A stretch of 64,000 bases of DNA from an uncultured Acidimicrobiia bacterium. GTDB taxonomy: Bacteria > Acidobacteriota > Terriglobia > Versatilivoradales > Versatilivoraceae. Made by a program: the position numbers and the translations under genes. Location: assembly GCA_963786955.1 (NCBI GenBank), contig CAWBAT010000008.1, forward strand, positions 192,001 to 256,000, written 5' to 3'. Shown in pieces: positions 42,419 to 52,631 of this stretch (its first letter is position 1; each line of letters begins with the position of its first letter). Under the pieces are notes generated by a model. The model had not been told where the DNA came from. It saw nothing but the letters and a program-made list of their open reading frames with translations, and searched no databases.

Positions 42419-44800
42419 TTACACCGCCGCAATCTCGATCCATTCGATCAGGGCACCGCCGGTGGCCTTTTCCCGGACAGGCAGCCGTAGTCTTCCATTT
42501 TGCACAATCTGCGGTCTGTTTTCCTTTCCGCCGCCAAAGTAATGCTCAGTAACCACAACGGATAGTACTTCTCCAGTTCGCTTTAATATGAGTTCTCCTT
42601 CGCCGAAGGGAACTACAGCCAGGTGGGAGGCTCTCTCAATCCCTTGATTAGTCTTTGAAGCGACCACTACAGACGTGTTGCTTTCGATGAGATCGCGAAA
42701 CTTTCCGGCTCCCTTACGTCCATCGAGGCGGCGCTCCCGTAGGGCTACCAGCATCACTTCACCGTTCTCAAGGCGGGCCCAGGAGGAGGTATGGGCCCCA
42801 CGGGCTGGCCCCTGACATTCGCCGTCAATCAGGACCGGGGAAAACACATTGGAATAGCGGATCGCATGGGTAAGACCATTGAATTTGGCTACCCGCTCAG
42901 GTGTGGCAAGCGCTCTGGGCTCCGGTCCAGAAAAACTGGTGAGATTCCCGAGCGTTCCAATTGCCGCCGAGTCAAACCAGATTTCAGGGGCGGTGAGCCA
43001 TTCATAACCGCTTGAGCCCCAGGTGGGCATCCCAATCTCGCCCAACAAACTGCTAAAGAAAAATCGACGGTTGGCTTCCAGATCGAAATCCCCCGCACAA
43101 AAGCCCAGGTCATCCGGGCTATGTAAGTCGAAATAATCAATGAAAAGAGGGGAGAGAGAATAGTACATTACTACAATGTCAGGATTTTCTTCCCGCATGG
43201 CGCCCACCACCACTTCCATTGCCTTAAGTAAGATCCGCTCGCCGGCCCAGTACATGTCCTTTGGTGCAGCCGCTGCCAGGGAAGGGAGTTCATATCCAAA
43301 ATCAAATTTGATGAATTCCGGCTGATAACGACGGACAAACTCTCTTGCCAGCTTCCGCAAGACCTGCTGGACCTCGGCTTGCGTGCAATCCATGATGTAG
43401 AAAGGTTTGTCGGTAATGACGTCTTTTCCAATCATGAACGGCTGGCCATCTTCCAAACGCAACATATTGGCGGTGGTCAGCCCCAATGCTTCAGGGTTGC
43501 TGCAGCGCATGAAAGCAGCCCAAAGCCCAATCAGATGTCCTTCCGAACGAATGCGGGCGAGAGTCTCTTTAAAATGGGGGAATCGTTCTGTCGAATGGAG
43601 CAAGTCTCCATAATTTCCCTCCCAGTACCCATCGATCACAAACATCTTTACGTTCATCCTCGACCGTTTCATCCCTTCGTAAATCGATAACAACATAGGT
43701 TCGTCGAATCGGTCAGGTGGCATTTGGCCCCGTCCAAATTGTTCTCCCCAGGTATCGAAGGAAGGTGCCAAGGCCGCCGCGTTCTTCCTCTCGGAATTGG
43801 TTTTCTTCTGGATAATACCTGCCTTAACGAGTGCTAGATAATACTGGCGAATGGCTTCGTAAAAATTAGGACCCACGGTCCAACACAACTTTGCCCCCAA
43901 AGACAATCGCCCCGGACCACGCAGGTGTCCCCATAGGTCGCTGCGATAGCTCAGAATTGGACCGTAATGGTTGTGGGCAGTCTCAAACAGATGGTCTGCA
44001 TTAGGAACCTCAGCCAGACCGCAACAGAAGGCGTTGAGCAGTTCTTGGGGAGGAACATTCTCGATTCTAATGGGCGGACTTTTCTGGAAATCAAACGGAG
44101 AGCGATGATATCCGCAAAAATAGTGAGCAGGGAGTCCCCAGGCCTGAATCTGTAACACCTTGGGATCACCGGTCCATCCACGCCCCAGCCAACAAATTTG
44201 GTTAACGTTTAAACCGATCTCCCCGGTTGGGATAATTGGACTCATGACCGAGGCTGAACTGACGCCGGGCAGAACCACATAGTCACTTTCCATTGATGGT
44301 CGCGCCTGCTCTCCAGCTCCTTCAGCAAAGTAATGCAGCGCGACCACATCCTCGGCGGCGGTACTTTCATAAACCAGCGGGTCAAGCCAGAAAACGTCAT
44401 GATCAAAACGCCAGGTAACTGACAATTTGGCTGTGCCGTTCAGTCCCTCGTATCCAATGGTCAAAGTATTGCCTTGCAGGTTGTATCCGGACGACTTCCC
44501 TGAACTGCAGCGGCGAACTCCCTTTTGCCCCACAGGCTGGACGACCACTGCAGGTTGCAAGGTCCCTTTTGCGATCAGAAGGCCGCGTTGATCGAGCAGA
44601 CGAAACTGATCGGATTCTTGTGACCACTCCCAGGTGTACTGATCCCCCTTCACCTCGATGCCCTTTCCCGTATCTATGATTCTGGGTTGAGAAGCTGCAG
44701 CCTGTTGCAGAGTCACTGTCGAGAGCAAACAGGTTGCCGTTGAAGTTTTAATGAATTCACGTCGGGATAAAGACCACATGGCAGCTGAATCCTCCTTCAT
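42419..44800 (-). CDS. Tat-exported clan GH-D-like (GH36/GH31-related) TIM-barrel protein
   Basis: SRREFIK twin-arginine motif; FDTWG, FVIDGYW, RFP.F, GLW, FIKFDFGY and HSPDD. Confidence 0.7.
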   Translation of the reverse strand: MKEDSAAMWSLSRREFIKTSTATCLLSTVTLQQAAASQPRIIDTGKGIEVKGDQYTWEWSQESDQFRLLDQRGLLIAKGTLQPAVVVQPVGQKGVRRCSSGKSSGYNLQGNTLTIGYEGLNGTAKLSVTWRFDHDVFWLDPLVYESTAAEDVVALHYFAEGAGEQARPSMESDYVVLPGVSSASVMSPIIPTGEIGLNVNQICWLGRGWTGDPKVLQIQAWGLPAHYFCGYHRSPFDFQKSPPIRIENVPPQELLNAFCCGLAEVPNADHLFETAHNHYGPILSYRSDLWGHLRGPGRLSLGAKLCWTVGPNFYEAIRQYYLALVKAGIIQKKTNSERKNAAALAPSFDTWGEQFGRGQMPPDRFDEPMLLSIYEGMKRSRMNVKMFVIDGYWEGNYGDLLHSTERFPHFKETLARIRSEGHLIGLWAAFMRCSNPEALGLTTANMLRLEDGQPFMIGKDVITDKPFYIMDCTQAEVQQVLRKLAREFVRRYQPEFIKFDFGYELPSLAAAAPKDMYWAGERILLKAMEVVVGAMREENPDIVVMYYSLSPLFIDYFDLHSPDDLGFCAGDFDLEANRRFFFSSLLGEIGMPTWGSSGYEWLTAPEIWFDSAAIGTLGNLTSFSGPEPRALATPERVAKFNGLTHAIRYSNVFSPVLIDGECQGPARGAHTSSWARLENGEVMLVALRERRLDGRKGAGKFRDLIESNTSVVVASKTNQGIERASHLAVVPFGEGELILKRTGEVLSVVVTEHYFGGGKENRPQIVQNGRLRLPVREKATGGALIEWIEIAAV

Positions 44801-44889
44801 CCCCGCGGAACGCAGGCGTTTCGCCTGCCTTGGTGGAGGTGAATCAATCGGTTTAATGCGATGGGAGGCACGATTTACTCAGCGATGTC

Positions 44890-45287
44890 GTAGCGACAGG
44901 CCTCCCGGCCTGTCAAACCGCGCCGTGGCGTCGCTGATATTGGCTTTCCGCAATGGACAGGCAAGGATGCCTGTCCCTAAAGTTTGGACATTTGTGCAGG
45001 CCAGAGGCCCGCATCACAAGCTTGTGGTGCAGGCGTCCTCGCCTGCCTCCAAGCGGCCTGAAAGGCCGCCACTGCGGGCGGGACGCCCGCGCTCCCAGGG
45101 CAATCCTTTCTACTCTTCCAGGTCTGATTCAACCTGCCGAGATTAACTGTCGCTTCGTCGTCATGTTTTACCATTTCAAACCGAAACGCTTATTTATATT
45201 TCGCTGCGCTTTACTACCGTATCTTCGGCATTCTGCCTTTGACATAATGTCCAATCTCCAGGGACAGGCAAGGATGCCTGTCCCTAC
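44890..45287. repeat. Dense cluster of several REP-like hairpin families
   Basis: GTAGCGACAGGCCTCCCGGCCTGTC; GGACAGGCAAGGATGCCTGTCCCTA twice (44955, 45262); a GTG-type doublet at 44993-45046; GCGGCCTGAAAGGCCGCCAC; GCGGGCGGGACGCCCGCGCTCCCA. Confidence 0.8.
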
Positions 45288-45308
45288 TTCATTGCTGTAA
45301 GCGTCGAT

Positions 45309-47285
45309 TCACAAACTCCTTCGATACTTCACTGGCTTGCCCTCGTAGGATGGTTTGCATAGGTTCTCTTCAATCCAACCGATCTGCATTCTTGTTTCTT
45401 TGCGCTTTTCAAACAGGTCCATGATCCCTTTCAATTGCTGCGGATTCATTTCTGAAATCCCGATGTCATCTCCAAAAGCGCCGTTTGAGATGGCGACGGG
45501 CACATCAAAAGTCTCCACGGCATACTGCGTGAACCGAAAATTGCTCACGGGAGCCCAGTTGCAGGACCAGAGAACATTCCGGAAATTGGGAAAAAGCCCA
45601 TAAGGCCAAGCCTCCGGCCGGCATCCGCTGTCCTGATATGTTCCGTGAGCGACCAGTCCGTAGGGGGCTTTCTGGTTCCAACCGCGCACGCCAATGACAT
45701 CGGAGGCCAGAAAAGCGAGTTGTGAGTTGGAATTGCCGGTTACTGTCGAGAGTTCTTTAACAAGAGTCATCATGGCCCGATCGGCATAGCCGGGATAAGC
45801 GTTAGTGCCCAGCTCTCCGGGATTGATGTAAAAGGTTTCGTCCCAAATCAATCCATCCAGTTCTGTCCCATATTCCGAAATCAATGCTTGCAGATAACTC
45901 CTGTAGAAATCTCTCACAGCCGGATGTAACGGGGACTGCTGGTAAGTTTTTCCTTTCGTGTCAGGACCTTTCCATCCTCCCTGGGTCAAGATCGTGCTCG
46001 GGTCGTAAATGTCCTTGGCCCCGGTGCAGGCACACAGGCCATCGGCGAAATACAATCCAACGCGAAATCCTTTCGCCTTCGCGAATTGGATGCGCCGATG
46101 CATTTCGGAAAGAGACATCTCCACCGGCCGCATCTTACTCACCGAACGCTTGTGCCAATAATGTTCGGTCCACTCTTCCGGGGCCTCACCGTAAGCCTGG
46201 ACATCGGGGTCCAATGCGCTCGGAAATGCCACCCAGCGTTTGTCGAGGGTTTTCTTGCGATGATCAAAACTGTATCTTCCGACCACATCGTACCAGCCGT
46301 GCAGTGCAAGAAAGACCTTCGCTCTGTCCTTACGCGGGATCAATTCCTCGAGTTGGTTAATATCAGCGAACCACCCCTCGCCATTCTTGCTCAGGTAGTC
46401 ATAATCGACCATGGCCACGTCATGCAACCAGTCGGGTCCTTGTTTTACGTCCTCGAGGGAGCATTCGTAAAAGACACTCATAGCCTTTTGGGTGTCACCG
46501 AAATGCAGTCCCGTCGACAGAACTCGCTTTTCAATGCCTTGAATCCCGACAGAGCTGGGATAAATGCAGTGGAATTGGCCGATCCTGTCTCCGAAAGGCA
46601 GGGAAAAATAAGAAGAGAAGTATGGATCGGCACTTAAGGTTAAATGAAGATCCGTTTGGTCTGCGTATTCATCGACCATCGGAATGGCTAGCGCCTGGGG
46701 TTTCCCCCCTTCGAACTCACCGGCTAATTGGAAAAGGTATTCATCCTCGTTATCAAAATTCCCAATTTGTTGCCGATGGCCAATTCCGTTTTTTAAAGGG
46801 AGAAAGACTTTTCTATCAGGGAAGGGAAGCTGAAGATTGCGCGGAAATATAAGCTTTACCCTCTCGCTAATTTTGGTGGGTGCGTTGATTTTGACTGTCT
46901 GCCTTAGATTGGCTGAACCCTCCTTCAAGGGGAGGAGCTCGATTTCATAGTCCACGGAAAACGTGAAACGATCGGAAAAGGAATATTGGAAAATCAGCTT
47001 CGAGCCTTCACGATGCGACGCATTAGGTTGATTGCAAATGTAATATTTCTTGCCAATAAACAAGATGCGCGGATGGTTATCTCCCAGCTTGCGGTTGATG
47101 AGCTCGATCTTGCCATCCTGCAGGGAAACGACGTCCCCGGTTGGACCCACCTTCAACTGCCATCCATTTCTTTCAAGTGTCTCCGTCGCGTACAGTGAGG
47201 AGATTCCAGAAACAAAAGGAGCGGTGACCGTTAATGCCGCTGAGGTTCCAAGAATTTCCACGAATTCTCTTCTTCCGAGTTTCAT
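45309..47285 (-). CDS. Tat-exported hypothetical protein, probable glycoside-hydrolase-like TIM barrel
   Basis: GRREFV motif; LHGWYD, G..VGLYF.DG, P.V..FY and DGLIWDETF; lies within the CAZyme block. Confidence 0.6.
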   Translation of the reverse strand: MKLGRREFVEILGTSAALTVTAPFVSGISSLYATETLERNGWQLKVGPTGDVVSLQDGKIELINRKLGDNHPRILFIGKKYYICNQPNASHREGSKLIFQYSFSDRFTFSVDYEIELLPLKEGSANLRQTVKINAPTKISERVKLIFPRNLQLPFPDRKVFLPLKNGIGHRQQIGNFDNEDEYLFQLAGEFEGGKPQALAIPMVDEYADQTDLHLTLSADPYFSSYFSLPFGDRIGQFHCIYPSSVGIQGIEKRVLSTGLHFGDTQKAMSVFYECSLEDVKQGPDWLHDVAMVDYDYLSKNGEGWFADINQLEELIPRKDRAKVFLALHGWYDVVGRYSFDHRKKTLDKRWVAFPSALDPDVQAYGEAPEEWTEHYWHKRSVSKMRPVEMSLSEMHRRIQFAKAKGFRVGLYFADGLCACTGAKDIYDPSTILTQGGWKGPDTKGKTYQQSPLHPAVRDFYRSYLQALISEYGTELDGLIWDETFYINPGELGTNAYPGYADRAMMTLVKELSTVTGNSNSQLAFLASDVIGVRGWNQKAPYGLVAHGTYQDSGCRPEAWPYGLFPNFRNVLWSCNWAPVSNFRFTQYAVETFDVPVAISNGAFGDDIGISEMNPQQLKGIMDLFEKRKETRMQIGWIEENLCKPSYEGKPVKYRRSL

Positions 47286-47308
47286 ATGGCTCTCCGACCC
47301 TATTTATT

Positions 47309-49889
47309 TCAACTGGACCAGCTCTGCTTTGCACCATCCCAGCTGCAGTTGAGTTCTCTTGTTGAGGATCCTCTGGCTGCCGCTATCTCAGGGGTCCATT
47401 CAGCCACTCGAACATTTTGTCCGTCCGATTGAGCGGCGATTAGCTCCAGCCGCTGAGGTACAAACCACAGGCCTTCGTCGGGAGTGATTAGGCTCACACG
47501 GGGAGGAGTTGGAGGGAAGTTTGCCCTGGAGATAACCGAGATCAAAGGTGCCAAAGGCACTAGAGACCTGACCGACCTTTTTCCCGTCGGCATGAACAGA
47601 CACGACTCCCCATTCACCCACCTGTGTTCCTTCGACCCTGAGGAAGAATGCTTTGGCCGCGCTGATTGAGGGCCGTTCTCCCCGCCTGCTTTTTGTTAGC
47701 TCGGCTTGGGGAAAAAGACGTTCACGCAGACGGTCAATTCGTTGGGCGTCTGCATCCTCCAACGCTGGCTCGAGTCCCTTCCCAACGACGAGTACTGAGG
47801 CGCTTCCGTGGTGAGTGATTTCTACCCGGGCTTCAGACATATCTTGTTTCAACGAAGCCCGATAAACAGGGCCATCTGCAGAATACACATGCGCCCAGTT
47901 CAGTGCGGCTCCGTCCTGGACTCGAAGCGAGACAGCAACGGTTTCGGTTGTCGGAATTCGCCGACTGAGAAATTGAACTCGCGAAGTGACCGGGACAACG
48001 TAATTCCCGTCACCGTTGACATACAAATTGACATCATTTGCGCCAGTGGCAGTCACGCAATGAGGTAAGAGGACTTGTTCTTTCCCGAGCAATGTTGAGA
48101 ACAGTGGCGCGTAGATCTCCAGCAAATCGGCGGCACGCTTATCTGGGGGCTGCTGGCAGATCGGATATTCGTGGGCAATCATGTGCGGAAAGATAGCGAA
48201 TTGAAGCCGCCGCTTGAGCTGAGCTTCAAACTGAAACAAGTCTCCATGATAATTCTTGCGAAAGTTCCAGGCGGAAACGGGACGATACGGCGCCAGATAC
48301 GATAAGGCGGGAAGAAATTCGATTTCGTAGCAATACCCATCGACATCGCGAAGGACCTCGATTCGATAGGAGTGGTTGATGAATACCCTTTTCCCAGCCT
48401 CATGATTGATGCGGCAGAATTCCTGTACAATCTCAGCCATGGGTACGGCCATGCTGGCAATCGGCTTCTCCCCGATCATCGTCAATCCGTCATCGTGGCC
48501 GTAATCATAGATGCTGCACCAATCCAGCCGGTCGATCACGAATCCCTGCAGCTCCGGCAGACGTTTCATATGCCCGCGCACTTGCTCCAGCAGATACGCG
48601 AAGAAGCCGTAGCGACGATCCGGATTCATGACCTTGACCCCTTCCCATGAGATAATATCCTGGCCGTGCTTGTCCTTTGCCTTGGCGTTGGGGAACAGGC
48701 TATTCCGAATTTGTTCAATTCTGGGTGAGTCGCCACGCTCCTCTATGCCGTCGTAGGTGCCCGGGCCTCCGAATTCGTTCAGGGCCATGTGCGCAAAGAC
48801 TCCCACACCCTGGGTATCCATTTTCTGGATAAACGTGCGGATCTTATCGTCGTTCATCATCTCGCCGAAGCGCCACCAGTGGTTGTAGCTATAGGGCTTC
48901 CATTCTTTTTCCTCCGGCAAGTACTCCCCACAGTGCGTGAACCAAGGGAAGGTCCAGATGTAGCGGATATGCTGCCGCGTCATCTCTTCCAAGGGGGGAT
49001 GGTCTTGGACGTGATGATAGTAGAAGGCCCCTTCGTAGGGGCTGCGTGGCAACGTCGGGCGGAAGTATCTGGGAAAATCATCACTGTAGGCTTTGAGGAC
49101 GCTGCGATAATCCGCCGCATGGGTGTAGAATAAGAGTTTCAGTGGAGAGACCCGGCCACCTCCCATTCCCCGGTGGGCCAGCGTCAGGCGCAAGGTCTTG
49201 CTATCTCTCCAGCTCACTTGAAGATGAGGAATCTGAACGTCAGCTGGGAGGGCGATCGTTAGGGCGCTGTCTCGTTTTGCGTCAAAGATGCTCACCAGAG
49301 GCAGAACGTAGTAAGCGTGAATGACTTCCCAGGATAAACCGTAGGTAGCATAGGGAGCATGCTTGAATGTGGGATAATCGCTGACCTGCATGACTCCCCG
49401 ATTACTGGGGGTAAAAACCTGAGCTGTTGGGGAGAGCACTGGAAGTTCCAGGATGACTTCATGGGCTGCACGTTGTCCATCTCCCACGAAGTTCAGTTCC
49501 CAAGCGAGTCCGCCGGAAGTGGCTGTCCAGAGTTGCGAGACCTCAAGAGAAAGGGGTTCCAGCCTCGCACCGACAATCACTCCTTGAGGGGTTTCCTTGA
49601 CGTGAACCTGTGTGAACGATGCAGTATGGTTGGTCGCTTCATTGCGAACCGTAAGACTCATGGGGCTGCTTAGCCATGACCTTTCAGTCCGGCCCGACCG
49701 AGTCTCAATGTGACTGAGCAAACTAGTCAACGGGTCAATACCTACTTTGATATCTTTCCCCTCATGCCAGACGAGATCTCTTGAATGGCTGTCTTTTTTT
49801 TCGGGCATCGTCTTTTCCTGGGCCCAAGTCTTGGTAGACGGGAACGGGAAGATCATGAAAACGACTAAGAAAAAGGTTCGCAAGCTCAT
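47309..49889 (-). CDS. Secreted hypothetical protein, probable glycoside-hydrolase-like (3' end frameshifted near 47500)
   Basis: Sec signal peptide; W..PWF..GEY.P, NEFG, MNPD, GFVIDRLD and DG...E pattern. Confidence 0.6.
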
Positions 49890-50027
49890 GCTAAGACTGA
49901 CTCGAATACAGGCATAGAGCTTTTCTGGAGGCTGGCTTGACGACTCATCCTGAATTCCGGAGTTCCGATCGTTGACTCTGCCGTTCGGTAACGCTTCAAT
50001 GGCGTATACAAAGAGGAGGTTAGGAAG

Positions 50028-52535
50028 TCATCCCCCATCCCCACCATATTGCCCATCAGTGAGTGTGAAGTATCCCTTCATCCGCGGGCTCCATGTGAGA
50101 TCTTTTTCAGGGGCTGACAGTTGCGAGAAACGAATTCTTTGCTCCCTGTTCAAGAAATAGATGATAAAGCCGCCTGAAAATTCTTCGTGGACAGCCAATT
50201 TCTTCTCCGCGGTTTCCTTGTCGGCTTTGCCCAAGAAGTTACCAGCCGAAAGGAAATCGCTGATGACAACTTCGTCCAGCGAATCTCCAATCCGGATATT
50301 CGTCAATGGACCAAAAGGGATCAACAGCAACATGTGGTTCTCACCTTCCAGGCTGAGCCAATGAAGCCTTCGCTTGCTAATGACAGCTTGCAAGACCTTC
50401 AAAGAGACATGTTGCTCGAGCGTGTTATCAGCCCATTCCTTCGGTGTCGCAAGATTTAAAGCATCTCGGTTCCATGAGAGTTGTGTGAGCAAGCTGGACA
50501 ACTTCAACCTTAATCCAGCTTCAGGAAAGACACACTCCCGGTCAGAGCTGAATGAATAGGTAAACCGGATCCAGGATTGCCCAAATTCCACATGGATGGC
50601 TCCCGAGATTAACCATTCCTTGCTCTTGTCAATCAAGTTGCCTTTGACTGTGAATGGTATGGATAGAGAATGGGTTTTGCCTTGGGCTGGCAGATACTGA
50701 ATGGGCTCTACCTGCATCGTCGTCCAGCTTGATTTCTCCGGCTGCATGGCAAAGCCATTGAGCGTGAATAGTTCTTTCCCGCCATGATCATTTATGCAAA
50801 GTTGGTGATTTTCAACGCAAATTGCCTGATATTCATCCATGATTAGCTTGCCAGACGCTGGCGAAAGAGAAATGGGCCCAGTGGTCTGCAGCCCAACCTT
50901 TTTCAGGATTTCGTCTGTAGATGAAGAAGTCAGTTCAGAAGGGAGTGGAAACTCCTGTTCCACGATACAATAGCCTTCCGGATCGAGTATCGAAAAAGCC
51001 AGGTGATCTGCCCCCTGAGGGACACTGAATGCGAGCGGGAAGTAGAAGGTGGAGCGGGGCGATACGCGATATCTCTCACGGCCAGAAGAGACGACCTTAG
51101 ATTCCTTGGAAATCTCCCATTGGAATACAAATCCATCGAGATTGACGAAGTTGTACCGATTAACGACTTTGAGCGTGGCGTTCAATCGCCCTGCTGAGAA
51201 ACTGGGGGTTCGCAAAGCCAGCCCTACCGGCGCGTAGGCTTTGCGGATGTAGTAATATATTGGTTTTTTCTGGCGTTTACTGTCCGCTGCAGCCCCCTGG
51301 ATCAGGCCCAGATTTTCATTCACTGAACCGTCATCCCAGCCGCAAATCAATCCGCCCGCCACATACCAGGACCTCTCCATAAATCTTGTCCATTCCAGCT
51401 GCAAACTTCGCCCCCAGGTTTCTACAAACCCTTTGTCGCTCAATCGGTCAATCTCGTCGGGCACCGCGTGGAATTCGCCGAAGAGCACGGGTGTGGGATA
51501 GATTTCTTTGAACTCGACGTGTGTCAGCGGATCATAGTGCAAATCCGTGACGGTGTTTCCATACTTAGCCGGGTCGGCCACGTTACTACAGACGGCAACG
51601 GGGCGGGTTGGATCGTGTTCTCTTAGCCAGAGCGCCACCCTTCCTCCTCCCAGATTTATGGCGGTCGGGGGATTCTTGCTGACCGCATGCCACAGTATGA
51701 CACTTGGGTGATTCGTGTACTGATCGACGATTACTTTGGTCTGCTGAGTCAGATCATCGGGCAGATAACGGGGGTCTTCCTCTTTGGTCCGCCCATACGG
51801 CACATCCGGAATGACATAGATGCCGTGCTGGTCACACAAGCTCAAGAAATTTTCCTGGAGAGGCAACCAGCGACTGCGGATCGCATTGATGTTTGCCTCC
51901 TTGAGGAGACGGATTTCCTGAACCCAATGGTTTTCCCTGCTTTCGCCTGCAGCAGTCGAAATGGTTTGCGCCGTGACCACACCTCGAATCTCGATTGGAA
52001 CCCCGTTGATCCGAAGACTCATTCCGGCGATCTCTACCTGGCGAAACCCAATCGCTGTCTTAAACTCTTGGACACTCTTTTCCGCTTGTTGCAATCGGAT
52101 CACGAGTGAGTAGAGGTAAGGGGTTTCGGCAGTCCATTTTCTCGGGTCTTTGACGGGAGAAGTCAAAATCACCAGAACGGGTTGCTCTCCGGCGAGGCTG
52201 GGCTCAGCATGAAAGCCTTTGAGCGGGATTTCCTTCCCTTCGGCATCAAAAAGAAATCCTTCAATTTTCACGCTCGACGGGATGGCCGTTTCAAATGTGC
52301 GCAGCTTTAGTTCAGCCCGCAAAACGGCGTCCACATATACCGGATCTAATTCCGTCCGGATCTGGAAGTCCTCGATTCGAGTGAGCGGCAAAGAATTGAG
52401 ATAGGCGTCACGCCAGGTTCCATTCAGGGAAATCTTGTCAGCATGATATGGTTTTCCCGGTTGTCCCATCGCTACACCTACCCATAACAATAGGTATGGA
52501 ATCAATAAGGCGATAAATGAACGCATCCGCATCAT
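50028..52535 (-). CDS. GH2 beta-galactosidase-like protein with degenerate active site
   Basis: W.AETP.LY, GFR.VEI, ING....RGV, N.IR, CD..GIYV, NHPSV..W, DPTRP and P.L.GEF. Confidence 0.8.
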   Translation of the reverse strand: MMRMRSFIALLIPYLLLWVGVAMGQPGKPYHADKISLNGTWRDAYLNSLPLTRIEDFQIRTELDPVYVDAVLRAELKLRTFETAIPSSVKIEGFLFDAEGKEIPLKGFHAEPSLAGEQPVLVILTSPVKDPRKWTAETPYLYSLVIRLQQAEKSVQEFKTAIGFRQVEIAGMSLRINGVPIEIRGVVTAQTISTAAGESRENHWVQEIRLLKEANINAIRSRWLPLQENFLSLCDQHGIYVIPDVPYGRTKEEDPRYLPDDLTQQTKVIVDQYTNHPSVILWHAVSKNPPTAINLGGGRVALWLREHDPTRPVAVCSNVADPAKYGNTVTDLHYDPLTHVEFKEIYPTPVLFGEFHAVPDEIDRLSDKGFVETWGRSLQLEWTRFMERSWYVAGGLICGWDDGSVNENLGLIQGAAADSKRQKKPIYYYIRKAYAPVGLALRTPSFSAGRLNATLKVVNRYNFVNLDGFVFQWEISKESKVVSSGRERYRVSPRSTFYFPLAFSVPQGADHLAFSILDPEGYCIVEQEFPLPSELTSSSTDEILKKVGLQTTGPISLSPASGKLIMDEYQAICVENHQLCINDHGGKELFTLNGFAMQPEKSSWTTMQVEPIQYLPAQGKTHSLSIPFTVKGNLIDKSKEWLISGAIHVEFGQSWIRFTYSFSSDRECVFPEAGLRLKLSSLLTQLSWNRDALNLATPKEWADNTLEQHVSLKVLQAVISKRRLHWLSLEGENHMLLLIPFGPLTNIRIGDSLDEVVISDFLSAGNFLGKADKETAEKKLAVHEEFSGGFIIYFLNREQRIRFSQLSAPEKDLTWSPRMKGYFTLTDGQYGGDGG

Positions 52536-52631
52536 TATCTTTGAACAGATAAAAAACCGCCGAGTCAGACAAAGACTTTGCGCTACAGGCTAAAGGTCCC
52601 TGTGTCCCCGTTGTCTAAAGCCTCCTTATCC

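Noticed and set aside
44890-45287. CRISPR array
   Set aside because: Repeats are heterogeneous hairpins without constant repeat-spacer periodicity, and there are no cas genes.
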